Below, piece after piece: positions 48,237 through 57,081 of a DNA stretch of 64,000 nt. Where the stretch lies: NCBI GenBank assembly GCA_046329115.1, contig JAXLVG010000010.1:84482-148481 (forward strand). Reading direction: 5' to 3'. A program made the translations under genes and the position numbers. Below the pieces are notes generated by a model that saw only the letters and a list, made by a program, of their open reading frames with translations, was not told the origin of the DNA and made no database searches. Origin of the DNA: Flavobacteriales bacterium. Its GTDB lineage: Bacteria; Bacteroidota; Bacteroidia; Flavobacteriales_F; PHOS-HE28. Position 1 is the first letter of the stretch. Every line of letters starts with the position of its first letter.

Positions 48237-49316
48237 TCAGTGCTTGCCGCTCAAGCGCACCTTGCTTCCGTCCGTGAGGTTCAGCTGGCCGCTCAGCACC
48301 ACGGTCTCACCCGCGACCAGTCCCTTCAGCACCTCCACGCGCTCGCCCACTTCTCGGCCCAGTACCAGGTCGCGGCGTGTCGCGCGCAGGTCAATGCTGT
48401 CGCCCGTCACCGCGTACACGTACGGTGTCTTGATCCCTTCCGCCAGGGCCTCCTTGGGGATGGCGAGCATGCGCACGGCCTCGCCACCGGTGAAGCGCAC
48501 GCTGACGAAGGTGCCGCTCTTCAGCGGGTGCGCCTTGCCGTTCTGCACGGCCACCTCCACCAGGTAATTGTGGCTGGCATCGCCCCGCGGGCTCACGAAG
48601 GTCACCTTGCCCTGGAAGGTCTCCCCGGGGAACACATCGCTGGTCACCGACACGGCCAGGCCCTCCTTCACACGGTAGGCATCGCGCTCGCTCACGTGCA
48701 CCCGGGCCTTCAGGCGGCTCACGTCCACCACCTCCACCACGGCCGTGTTGGCGCCCACGTACTCGCCCACCTCCACGTTCTTCGCCACCACCACGCCGGT
48801 GACCGGACTGATCACCTGGGCATCGCGGATCTGTTGACGGATCTGGTCGGTGCGTACCTGCTGGTTCCGGTAGTTGTAGTGCACCTCGTCGTAGTTCGCT
48901 TCGGGCACGGCCTTGCCCTCGAACAGGTCCTTGTAGCGCAGATCGTCCTTCCGCAGCTTCTCCAGCGCGAGTTCGGCCGCCTCCAGTTCAAGCTGCTTCT
49001 GCGCCACGTCCAGGCTGCCGAGCACCTGTCCCTTGCTCACCCGCGAACCAAGGTCCACGTTGAGGCTGGCGAGCTTGCCCTGGGCCTGCACCATCACCTT
49101 TGCATGGTCGTAGGGCTCCAGCGTGCCCGGCACGGTGAAGGTGCCTTCCACGTCGGTGATCGCGGTGGTGAAGGCGGTCACCGGGATGGCGAACCCGCTG
49201 CGGTCCACGGGCTGTTTGGCCGCGTCGAGCTTCTTCTTGTTCGCGGCCAGTTTCAGGCCGATGCCCAGGGCCAGCGCGACCAGCACAAGGGGCAACATCC
49301 ATTTACGGTTCTTCAT
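48237..49316 (-). CDS. efflux RND transporter periplasmic adaptor subunit (membrane fusion protein)
   Basis: C-terminal 359 aa of ORF 48237..49757, from ATG 49316 (MKNRKWMLPLVLVALALGIG). Coiled-coil and beta-barrel MFP domains. The upstream part of the ORF is an artefact. Confidence 0.85.
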   Translation of the reverse strand: MKNRKWMLPLVLVALALGIGLKLAANKKKLDAAKQPVDRSGFAIPVTAFTTAITDVEGTFTVPGTLEPYDHAKVMVQAQGKLASLNVDLGSRVSKGQVLGSLDVAQKQLELEAAELALEKLRKDDLRYKDLFEGKAVPEANYDEVHYNYRNQQVRTDQIRQQIRDAQVISPVTGVVVAKNVEVGEYVGANTAVVEVVDVSRLKARVHVSERDAYRVKEGLAVSVTSDVFPGETFQGKVTFVSPRGDASHNYLVEVAVQNGKAHPLKSGTFVSVRFTGGEAVRMLAIPKEALAEGIKTPYVYAVTGDSIDLRATRRDLVLGREVGERVEVLKGLVAGETVVLSGQLNLTDGSKVRLSGKH

Positions 49317-49342
49317 GGCGCCGTGGCGTCTGTGGGGTTCGA

Positions 49343-50665
49343 TCAAAGTGTCTTGGCGTAGTCGAGCAGGGTGCCCTTCGCCTTCTCCAGGTCGATCAGG
49401 GCGATGATGCGGTTGAGGTGCGAGGTGACCCAGTTGTTGCGGGCCTCCTTCAACTGGTAGTCGGCGTTCAGCAGGTCGCTGAGGGAGGCCGTGCCCTGCT
49501 GGTACTTGAGGTTGGTGTTGGCGAACACGTCCTGGGCCAGTTGCAGGTTGGACTCGTCGCTCTCCACGTTGGCATTGCTGGCGAGCAGGCGCGTGTCGGC
49601 GTTCTGGTAGTCGAGCTGGAACCCGAGGATGTTGTCGCGCTGGCGCTCGCGGGCGTTCTCCAGGGCGATGCGGCTCTGCTGGATCTGGCTGCTGCGGCGC
49701 AGACCGCTGAACACCGGCACGTTCAGCTTCAGGCCGATCGAAGCGAAGTCGTACCACGAGTTGAAGCTGGCGCCCAGATCGTTGCCTTGGGCCATTGTTC
49801 CCACGCGGCCATAGGCGCTCAGGGTGGGGATGAAGGCGTTCCGCTTGCGGCGCAGATCGATGGACTGCATGAGCACGGATTGCTCGTCGAACTGGTAACT
49901 GAGCAGGTTGGCGGGTGCGAAGGAGGTGGCACTGGGCTGGCGCATGTTCTCCGAGGTCCGCTGCGGCTCCGTCAGCTCCAACGGCTCGCTGATGGGCATG
50001 CCGATGATGCGCTTGAGGCGGGCGACCGCGAGGTCGTAATTGGCCTGGGCCACCGTGCGCTGCGAGGCGATGTTCCGCCGTGTCACCTCCACGCGGTCCA
50101 CGTCCAGTTCTTGCACCACGCCCTTCGCCAAGCGCAACTGCAGGATGGGTACCAGCGCATCGTACTGCTTCAGGTTCTCGTCGAGCAGGCGTACCTGCTC
50201 CCGGTAGGTCTGGGCCTGCGCATAGGTGTGTGCCACATCGTACACCAATTGCTCCTCCACCTGCCGGGAACGGATGTCGGCCATCGCCTGGTTCGGGCGG
50301 CTGGCCTGGATACCGTTGAGCTGCGCCACGTCCACGAGCACCTGCTCGGCCTGCAGGTTCACGTTGGTGATGTACTGGGTGCCGAACTGCACCGGCGTGG
50401 GCCGGTCGCTGAACACACCGGCCGGCAGGATGGTGGTCTGGCGCTTCAGGTTGTCGTCCAGCTGCCCGTAGCCGTTCACCTGCGGGAGGTACCCGCTCAC
50501 GGCCTCCTGGGCCTGGGCATCGGCCCGGCGCCGTTCGTTCGCGGCGATGACCATGTTCGCACTGTGCACCCGACCGTAGTCGAGGGCCTCGCGCAGTGTG
50601 AAGGCCTGCTGGGCCTGGATGACAGAGGCACCGAATAAGGCGAGGGAAAGAATGCTGCTCCTCAT
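49343..50665 (-). CDS. TolC family outer-membrane efflux protein
   Basis: 440 aa with a signal peptide (MRSSILSLALFGASVIQAQQ) and two TolC repeat halves. Confidence 0.85.
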   Translation of the reverse strand: MRSSILSLALFGASVIQAQQAFTLREALDYGRVHSANMVIAANERRRADAQAQEAVSGYLPQVNGYGQLDDNLKRQTTILPAGVFSDRPTPVQFGTQYITNVNLQAEQVLVDVAQLNGIQASRPNQAMADIRSRQVEEQLVYDVAHTYAQAQTYREQVRLLDENLKQYDALVPILQLRLAKGVVQELDVDRVEVTRRNIASQRTVAQANYDLAVARLKRIIGMPISEPLELTEPQRTSENMRQPSATSFAPANLLSYQFDEQSVLMQSIDLRRKRNAFIPTLSAYGRVGTMAQGNDLGASFNSWYDFASIGLKLNVPVFSGLRRSSQIQQSRIALENARERQRDNILGFQLDYQNADTRLLASNANVESDESNLQLAQDVFANTNLKYQQGTASLSDLLNADYQLKEARNNWVTSHLNRIIALIDLEKAKGTLLDYAKTL

Positions 50666-51105
50666 TTCACGTCCCCGGAATTGGCTGTTTCATCCATCGT
50701 GCGCAGGACCTTGAGGAAGACCGACAGGTCCTTCTCCCCGATACCGCCGAGCACCTGCGCGAAGACCTTGGAGCGCAGCTTCGAGGCCTTGCGGTGGATC
50801 TCCTGGCCCGACCTGGTCACCACCAGGATCTTCCGCCGCCGGTCGTCCGGGTCCATCTGGCGCTCGATCCAGCCGGCCTGCTCCATCTCGTCGATCTGGC
50901 GCAGCATCACGCTCTTGTCCTTCGCGAAGTGGTTGGCCAGATCCGTCTGCACCGCCCGGCTGTTGGTGAGCAGGAAATCCAGCACGCCGAACTGCGGCAG
51001 CCGCAGCTCGGATCCGTGGCTGTCCAGTTCCACGGCCATGAGGCGCACCACGCTGCGCATGGTGGTGGGCAGAAGCTGTGCGATGTCGTCCGTTAGGATG
51101 CTCAT
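50662..51105 (-). CDS. MarR family transcriptional regulator
   Basis: ORF 50662..51159. ATG at 51105 (MSILTDDIAQLLP). Winged HTH. 4-bp overlap with tolC; first gene of the efflux operon. Confidence 0.8.
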   Translation of the reverse strand: MSILTDDIAQLLPTTMRSVVRLMAVELDSHGSELRLPQFGVLDFLLTNSRAVQTDLANHFAKDKSVMLRQIDEMEQAGWIERQMDPDDRRRKILVVTRSGQEIHRKASKLRSKVFAQVLGGIGEKDLSVFLKVLRTMDETANSGDVK

Positions 51106-51113
51106 GTCGATAG

Positions 51114-51174
51114 TTGCGTTCTGCAACGGCACAAATGTATGCATTGTTGTCTTTTGCAACTATTGCTTTGTGCC
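51114..51174. promoter_or_regulatory. AT-rich operator/promoter region upstream of the marR-tolC-MFP-RND operon with nested inverted repeats
   Basis: gttgcgttctgcaacggcacaaatgtatgcattgttgtcttttgcaactattgctttgtgcc contains GTTGC/GCAAC and GGCACAAA ... TTTGTGCC. Divergent from the decarboxylase gene. Confidence 0.4.
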
Positions 51175-51376
51175 TCTATTTGGGATGGACGGTTCCACAG
51201 GGCCCTCCAGTGGCGTATGCCGGCCATGGGTCCATGCGCCTCCCCCATGGGTCAACGGCGCCACGACCCCCTGACCCTCAAACGGTCCCACACGTATGTT
51301 CGCCCTTGGACCGCACCCGATCGATGGCGGTACCGCTTCCCTATCTTGTCCCGCACGGTCCCAGCCTGCCTTGCCC

Positions 51377-54136
51377 ATGCCCAACGCCACGGCCGTCCAC
51401 ACCCGCTCCCACTACAACGCCGCCCGGCGCCGGTCCCACACCTGGGACCAGTTGAAGCTGGCCTGCATGGACCTCGATGAAGGCCGTGGCACCCCGCAGG
51501 AGGTCGAGGCCATCCTGAAGGACCTCCACGCCATCGAGCTGTATTGGGCCTTCCCCGGCCGGGAAACGGTGCAGCAACTGAGTGACATGCTCCGCAGCAA
51601 GGAGCACCACGGGCTTCATCTTGCGGTGAACCACGTGGTGCGCATGCTCAGCAGCGGCTCGTTCCGCAGCGACACGGTGGCCATGCTCGATCCCCGCTCG
51701 GGGCGCAACGAGCTGCTCGCCGATGAGGCCGAAAAGCCGCGCCCCAACTACTTCGAGGTGCTTTTCGTCGACGACATCGACGACGTGGAGGAGGAGGCGC
51801 TGAAACAGAAGCTGAAGAAGGTCCGCGACAAGAGCGACGAGTTCGTGTACGACACCGTAGTGGTGCGCACCGTGCAGGACGCACTGATCGCACTCCTCTT
51901 CAACCACAACATCCAGGCGGTGGTGGTACGCTTCGGGGTGCCCTACCCCAGCAGCAACCACAAAGGCGTGCTGCGGGAGTTCACCCGTGCCATCGACGCG
52001 CTCAACCCCGGCGACATCGGCCGCGCCAACATGGGCCCCTACCTGGGCCGCATCTGCCGCTGGTTCCGCCCCGAGGTGGACCGCTACTACGTGACCGACA
52101 CGCCGGTGGACGGGCTGAAGGACACCACGCTGGCCACCTTCAAGCGCATCTTCTACCGCACCGAGGACCTCACCGAGTTGCACCTCACCATCCTGCGCGG
52201 CACGATGGAGAAGTTCGAGACGCCCTTCTTCACCGCGCTGAAGGACTACAGCCGCCGGCCCATGGGGGTGTTCCACGCCATGCCCATCAGCCGCGGCAAC
52301 AGCGTGTTCAAGAGCCGGTGGATCCAGGACTTCGGCGAGTTCTACGGCCGCAATCTCTTCCTGGCCGAGACCAGCGCCACCACCGGCGGCCTCGATTCGC
52401 TACTGCAGCCCACCGGTCCGCTGAAGAAGGCGCAGGAGCTGGCCGCGCGCGCCTTCGGTAGCCAGCACACTTTCTTCGCCACCAACGGCACCAGCACCAC
52501 CAACAAGATCGTGGTGCAGGCGCTGGTGGAGCCCGGCGACATCGTGCTCATCGACCGCGACTGCCACAAGAGCCACCACTACGGCATGGTGCTGAGCGGC
52601 GCGTACCCGGTGTACCTGCACAGCTACCCGCTCACCAAGTACAGCATGTACGGCGCGGTGCCGCTGTCGCACATCCGCGAACAGCTCTGCGCGCTGCGGA
52701 AAGGCGGGCGGCTGGACAAGGTGAAGATGCTGCTGCTCACCAACAGCACTTTCGACGGCGTGGTGTACAACGTGGAGCGCGTGATGGAGGAGGTGCTCGC
52801 CATCAAGCCCGACATCGTGTTCCTGTGGGACGAGGCCTGGTGGGCCTTCGCCCGCTTCAGCTACGTGCTGCGCCAGCGCACCGCGATGCACGTGGCCGCC
52901 AAGCTCGCCCGCAAGTACCGCACGCCCGAGTACCGCGCCGAATACGCCGCGCACATCAAGGGCCTGAAGAAGGGCGAGGAGCCGCGCCTGCCCGACCCCG
53001 ACAAGGTGCGCATCCGCGTGTACGCCACGCAGAGCACGCACAAGACGCTCACCTCGCTGCGCCAGGGCAGCATGATCCACATCTGGGACGAGGACTTCGT
53101 GAAGAAGAGCGAGGCCAGCTTCCACGAGGCGTACATGACGCACACCAGCACCAGCGCCAACTACCAGATCCTCGCCAGCATGGACGTGGGCCGGCGGCAG
53201 GTGGAGTTCGAGGGCTTCGAGCTGGTGGAGAAGGCCATCGAGCTGGGGCTGCTGCTGCGGCGTACCATCCGCGAGAACCCGCGGCTGAACAAGTGGTTCG
53301 ACATCATCACCATCGGCGAGCTCATTCCCAGTGAATACCGGCAGAGCGGACTGGACAGCTACTATCGCCGCGACCAGGGCTGGAACGCGATCGAGAAGGC
53401 GTGGGCCACGGACGAGTTCGCGGTGGACCCCACCAAGATCAACCTCTACACGGGCAAGACCGGGATCGACGGGGACACCTTCAAGAACAAGTTCCTGATG
53501 GACAAGCACCAGATCCAGATCAACAAGACCTCGCGGAACTCGGTGCTCTTCATGACCAACATCGGCACGACGCGGGGCTCGCTCGCGTACCTCACCAAGG
53601 TGCTGCTGCACATCGCGGACGAGCTGGAGGCGCGCAACGCCGGTTTCGAGCACGACGACAAGCGCGCACATCTGGCCCGGATCCGTGCGCTCACCGAGGA
53701 GATCCCGCCCCTGCCCGATTTCAGCAGCTTCCACCGCAGTTTCCAAGGCCAGCCCGGCGTGCCCGGCGGTGACCTCCGTTCCGCGTACTTCCTCGCCTAC
53801 GACGAAAAGCGATGCCGGCACGTGAAGCTCGACGCCGCGCTGGCCGAGATGAAACAGGGGGGCGAGCTGGTATCCGCCTCCTTCGTGATCCCCTACCCAC
53901 CGGGCTTCCCCGTGCTGGTGCCGGGGCAGGTCATCAACAAGGAGATCATCGACTTCCTCATCGCCATCGACGTGAAGGAGATCCACGGCTACCGCCCGGA
54001 GCTGGGCCTGCGCGTGTTCACCGATGCAGCACTGGGAAGGCAACGGACCACGACGGCCATGGGGGGGATGAAGCAAATGACAAGCTCCAAGTCCTACGTG
54101 TCAAGCCTCAAGACATCCGCACGCAAGAAGAAGTAA
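51377..54136 (+). CDS. Orn/Lys/Arg decarboxylase family protein, large AAT-fold type (~920 aa)
   Basis: ORF 51296..54136. ATG at 51377 (MPNATAVHT). PLP-binding STHK motif (YATQSTHKTLTSLRQGS) and DRDCHKSHH block typical of CadA/AdiA/SpeF-type decarboxylases. Long N-terminal wing-like region. Confidence 0.8.
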   Translation: MPNATAVHTRSHYNAARRRSHTWDQLKLACMDLDEGRGTPQEVEAILKDLHAIELYWAFPGRETVQQLSDMLRSKEHHGLHLAVNHVVRMLSSGSFRSDTVAMLDPRSGRNELLADEAEKPRPNYFEVLFVDDIDDVEEEALKQKLKKVRDKSDEFVYDTVVVRTVQDALIALLFNHNIQAVVVRFGVPYPSSNHKGVLREFTRAIDALNPGDIGRANMGPYLGRICRWFRPEVDRYYVTDTPVDGLKDTTLATFKRIFYRTEDLTELHLTILRGTMEKFETPFFTALKDYSRRPMGVFHAMPISRGNSVFKSRWIQDFGEFYGRNLFLAETSATTGGLDSLLQPTGPLKKAQELAARAFGSQHTFFATNGTSTTNKIVVQALVEPGDIVLIDRDCHKSHHYGMVLSGAYPVYLHSYPLTKYSMYGAVPLSHIREQLCALRKGGRLDKVKMLLLTNSTFDGVVYNVERVMEEVLAIKPDIVFLWDEAWWAFARFSYVLRQRTAMHVAAKLARKYRTPEYRAEYAAHIKGLKKGEEPRLPDPDKVRIRVYATQSTHKTLTSLRQGSMIHIWDEDFVKKSEASFHEAYMTHTSTSANYQILASMDVGRRQVEFEGFELVEKAIELGLLLRRTIRENPRLNKWFDIITIGELIPSEYRQSGLDSYYRRDQGWNAIEKAWATDEFAVDPTKINLYTGKTGIDGDTFKNKFLMDKHQIQINKTSRNSVLFMTNIGTTRGSLAYLTKVLLHIADELEARNAGFEHDDKRAHLARIRALTEEIPPLPDFSSFHRSFQGQPGVPGGDLRSAYFLAYDEKRCRHVKLDAALAEMKQGGELVSASFVIPYPPGFPVLVPGQVINKEIIDFLIAIDVKEIHGYRPELGLRVFTDAALGRQRTTTAMGGMKQMTSSKSYVSSLKTSARKKK

Positions 54137-54139
54137 GCC

Positions 54140-55843
54140 ATGAGCAAGAAGACCAAGGCGACCGCGAAGAAGACCCCGGCCCGCCGCAAGGCCGCCAAGA
54201 AAGCCCCCGCCAAGCGCACGGCACGCAAGGCTGCGAAGCCCGGAACGAGCCGACCGGTGAAGAAGACCGCTACGAAGAAGAAGGCGCCGGTCAGGAAGCT
54301 GGTAGTGCGCAAGAAGAGCGTTTCGCGACGCCAGCCCAACGGGCGGGTCGAGGCCCGGCGTGGCAGCGCCGCACTCAAGGGCATCAGCGACATCCGGCGC
54401 TTCTTCCACCGCAACGAGGTGCCGCTCTATTTCATCAGCGCCACCAACTTCAACCTGCTGGGCGCGGACGAGTGGATCAAGGGCTTCAAGTTCATCACCT
54501 ACATCGACTGCTTCGACGGGCTGCACCCCAACCTGATGAGCCCGCGCACCGAGGAACCGCACGAGGAGTTCCAGAGCATCGAGGACATCAACAACTACCT
54601 GCTCACGCACAGTGAGGTGCGCGACTTCATCGAGAGCAGGAGGATGAGCGGGAAGACCGCAGGGAAGGCCCTATTCCTGATGTTCGATGAGAAGACCGAA
54701 GCGCTGGCGAAGAAGGCCGGGCTCGAGGTGATCTTCCCGCCCGCCAAGCTGCGCAGCTGGCTGGACAACAAGGTGAACACCAACCGCGTGGCCGAGAAAG
54801 CCGGCGTGCCTTGCGTGCCCTATGTGCTCAGTCCCGTGAAGAACTACGCGCACCTCCTGCAGGTGGCCGCGAAGGGCAAGCTCGGCAGCGACCTGGTGGT
54901 GCAGACCCCCTACGGCGACAGCGGCCACACCACATTCTTCATCAAGAACGAGGCGGAGTACGCCAAGTACGCCAAGGAGATCGAGGCGGAGAAGGAGTGC
55001 AAGATCATGAAGCGCATCAACTGCCGCGGTGCGGCCATGGAGGCCTGCGTCACGCGGCACGGCACCATCGTGGCCCCGTTGATGACGGAGCTGGTGGGCT
55101 TCAAGGAGCTGACCCCGTACAAGGGCGGCTGGTGCGGCAACGAGATCTACGCCGACACCTTCACGCCGGAGATCCGTGCGAAGGCCCGCCGCTATGCGCG
55201 CAAGTTCGGCGACCAGCTGCTGAAGGAGGGCTACAAGGGCTACTTCGAGCTCGACTTCCTGATCGACACCGACAACGGCGAGATCTACCTCGGCGAGCTG
55301 AACCCGCGCGTGACCGGCGCGAGCTCCATCACCAACCACGCCGCCTTCGCCCTGGCGGACGCGCCGCTCCACCTCTTCCATACGCTGGAATGGATGAACG
55401 TGCCGTACGAGCTGAGCGTGAACGCGCTGAACCGGCGTTGGAGCGATGAGCGCAACATCGACAGCTGGGGCCAGATGGTGATCAAGTACACCGCCGATGA
55501 TGTGCAGCGCGTGACCGACGCGCCCCGCAGCGGCATCTGGCGCATGCGCGACGACGGCAGCATCTACTTCTGGCGCATGGACACGCACCGTCGCTATGTG
55601 GAGAAGGACAACGAGGCCTTCTTCCTGCGGATCACGCGTCCCGGCGACTGGTTCTACGAAGGTGCCGACATGGGCATCCTGGTGATGCGCGACCGCATGA
55701 TGACCGACGACTTCCAGCTCACCGAACGCGCCAAGAAGTGGCTGGCGGCCATCCGCGGGCAGTTCAAGAGCATGGCCCCCGGAGCGCATGGCACCAACGG
55801 GCATGAGCACCTGCTGGAGGTGGGCGGGTTCAAGATGATGTAA
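54140..55843 (+). CDS. ATP-grasp domain protein (carboxylate-amine ligase type) with a ~70 aa Lys/Arg/Ala-rich N-terminal tail
   Basis: 567 aa. N-terminus MSKKTKATAKKTPARRKAAKKAPAKRTARKAAKPG... ATP-grasp core with a CPSase-like ELNPRVTGASS motif. Starts 4 bp after the decarboxylase stop. Confidence 0.7.
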   Translation: MSKKTKATAKKTPARRKAAKKAPAKRTARKAAKPGTSRPVKKTATKKKAPVRKLVVRKKSVSRRQPNGRVEARRGSAALKGISDIRRFFHRNEVPLYFISATNFNLLGADEWIKGFKFITYIDCFDGLHPNLMSPRTEEPHEEFQSIEDINNYLLTHSEVRDFIESRRMSGKTAGKALFLMFDEKTEALAKKAGLEVIFPPAKLRSWLDNKVNTNRVAEKAGVPCVPYVLSPVKNYAHLLQVAAKGKLGSDLVVQTPYGDSGHTTFFIKNEAEYAKYAKEIEAEKECKIMKRINCRGAAMEACVTRHGTIVAPLMTELVGFKELTPYKGGWCGNEIYADTFTPEIRAKARRYARKFGDQLLKEGYKGYFELDFLIDTDNGEIYLGELNPRVTGASSITNHAAFALADAPLHLFHTLEWMNVPYELSVNALNRRWSDERNIDSWGQMVIKYTADDVQRVTDAPRSGIWRMRDDGSIYFWRMDTHRRYVEKDNEAFFLRITRPGDWFYEGADMGILVMRDRMMTDDFQLTERAKKWLAAIRGQFKSMAPGAHGTNGHEHLLEVGGFKMM

Positions 55844-55845
55844 AT

Positions 55846-55925
55846 GCGAGTGGCGAGTAGTGAGTGGCGAGTAGTGAGTGGTAGCTGCAGCGGCAGACTC
55901 ACCACTCACTACTCGCCACTCGCCA
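55846..55925. repeat. long GC-rich hairpin built from 7-bp units (gagtggc/gagtagt) between the ATP-grasp and C45 genes
   Basis: gcgagtggcgagtagtgagtggcgagtagtgagtgg [tagctgcagcggcagac] tcaccactcactactcgccactcgccactcc. The arms pair over ~27-34 bp, with no T-run after the stem. Confidence 0.7.
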
Positions 55926-55938
55926 CTCCTCGAACGAA

Positions 55939-56940
55939 GTGAGAGCGATGTACGTCCACCTGAAACTCGTCAAGGAACCCTGGCCCAGCGACCGCTGGCA
56001 GAAGTTCTTCGACCATGCCTGGCCCCTGTTCCGCATCTGGTACGAGAGCGAGGGACTGGAGAAACGCCCCGACCAGGCGACCTGCCGGAACATGCTGGAG
56101 CTGCACATGCCGGAACTGATCCCGGTGTACAACAGCCTGTGCCGCCTGGCGAACAACGACGATGTCGCCTCGCGCTTCCTGAGCATGTGGAACCCGCCGC
56201 CCTACATGGCCGGGTGCTCGCAGGTGGCGTGGACCAAGGGCGCGCCCACCCTCATCCGCAACTACGACTTCGACCCGCGCTACTTCGATGGGCGCCTCCG
56301 CTACACCGAGTACTGCAAGCCCGTCATCGGCATCCAGGACAGCGCCTGGGGCCTGCTCGACGGCATGAACGTAGACGGCCTGGCCGTATCGCTGGCCTTC
56401 GGTGGCCGCAAGGTGTGGGGCTCCGGCTTCGGCATCCCGCTGGTCATCCGCTACGTGCTGGAGACCTGCAGCACCACCGATGAAGCGTGCGCTGTGCTTT
56501 CCCGCATCCCGGTGCACATGGGGTACAACGTCACCGTGGTGGATAAGAGCGGCAAGTACGCCACCGTGTACATGAACCACGACAGGCCGGCCCAGGTGAT
56601 CTACCAGGCCGTGGCCTGCAACCACCAGCACCAGGTGGAGTGGGACGAGTACGCCGCCTTCACCCACACCATCGAGCGCAAGCACCACCTGGAGCACAGC
56701 ATCGCGCAGCCCAAGCTCACTCGGGCCGCGCTCATCAAGCAGTTCCTCAAGCCACCGCTGTACAGCCAGCAATACCTGCGCGGCTTCGGCACGCTGTACA
56801 CCGCAGCCTACGACGTGGCCAAGGGCCGGGTGCAGATCATCTGGCCGGACAAGCAGGTGGAGGCGAGCTTCACGCGTTTCGAGGAGCAGGAGGTGCAGGT
56901 GGTGCTGTTGAGGCCGGTGGGGAGGTACTTGGCGAAGTAG
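55939..56940 (+). CDS. C45 family Ntn-hydrolase (acyl-CoA:6-aminopenicillanic-acid acyltransferase-like)
   Basis: GTG at 55939, ATG at 55948 (MYVHLKL). Probable nucleophile Cys in MAGCSQVAW. ~330 aa, the size of C45 autoproteolytic acyltransferases. Confidence 0.6.
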   Translation: MRAMYVHLKLVKEPWPSDRWQKFFDHAWPLFRIWYESEGLEKRPDQATCRNMLELHMPELIPVYNSLCRLANNDDVASRFLSMWNPPPYMAGCSQVAWTKGAPTLIRNYDFDPRYFDGRLRYTEYCKPVIGIQDSAWGLLDGMNVDGLAVSLAFGGRKVWGSGFGIPLVIRYVLETCSTTDEACAVLSRIPVHMGYNVTVVDKSGKYATVYMNHDRPAQVIYQAVACNHQHQVEWDEYAAFTHTIERKHHLEHSIAQPKLTRAALIKQFLKPPLYSQQYLRGFGTLYTAAYDVAKGRVQIIWPDKQVEASFTRFEEQEVQVVLLRPVGRYLAK

Positions 56941-56968
56941 TGCTCGGGACGGAGAGTTATCATTGTTT

Positions 56969-57055
56969 GAACCACAGAGGCCACAGAGAACACAGAGGAC
57001 AGCGTTCAACACCACTCATGGCATTTCTCTATGCCCTCTGTGCTCTCTGTGGTTC
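56969..57055. repeat. palindromic intergenic repeat element, CACAGAG-heptamer family, copy 2
   Basis: gaaccacagaggccacagagaacacagagg ... cctctgtgctctctgtggttc. Directly upstream of, and overlapping, the GxxExxY track ORF. Confidence 0.8.
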
Positions 57056-57081
57056 AGTTGGATGAGCGCGGCGAATGCACA

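Noticed and set aside
57031-57081. N-terminal 17 codons of track ORF 57031 (MPSVLSVVQLDERGECTA) and the identical peptide start of ORF 57542..57787
   Set aside because: Both MPSVLSVV peptides arise from reading through copies of the CTCTGTG repeat arm. The true GxxExxY gene starts at the internal Met (57082 or 57094).
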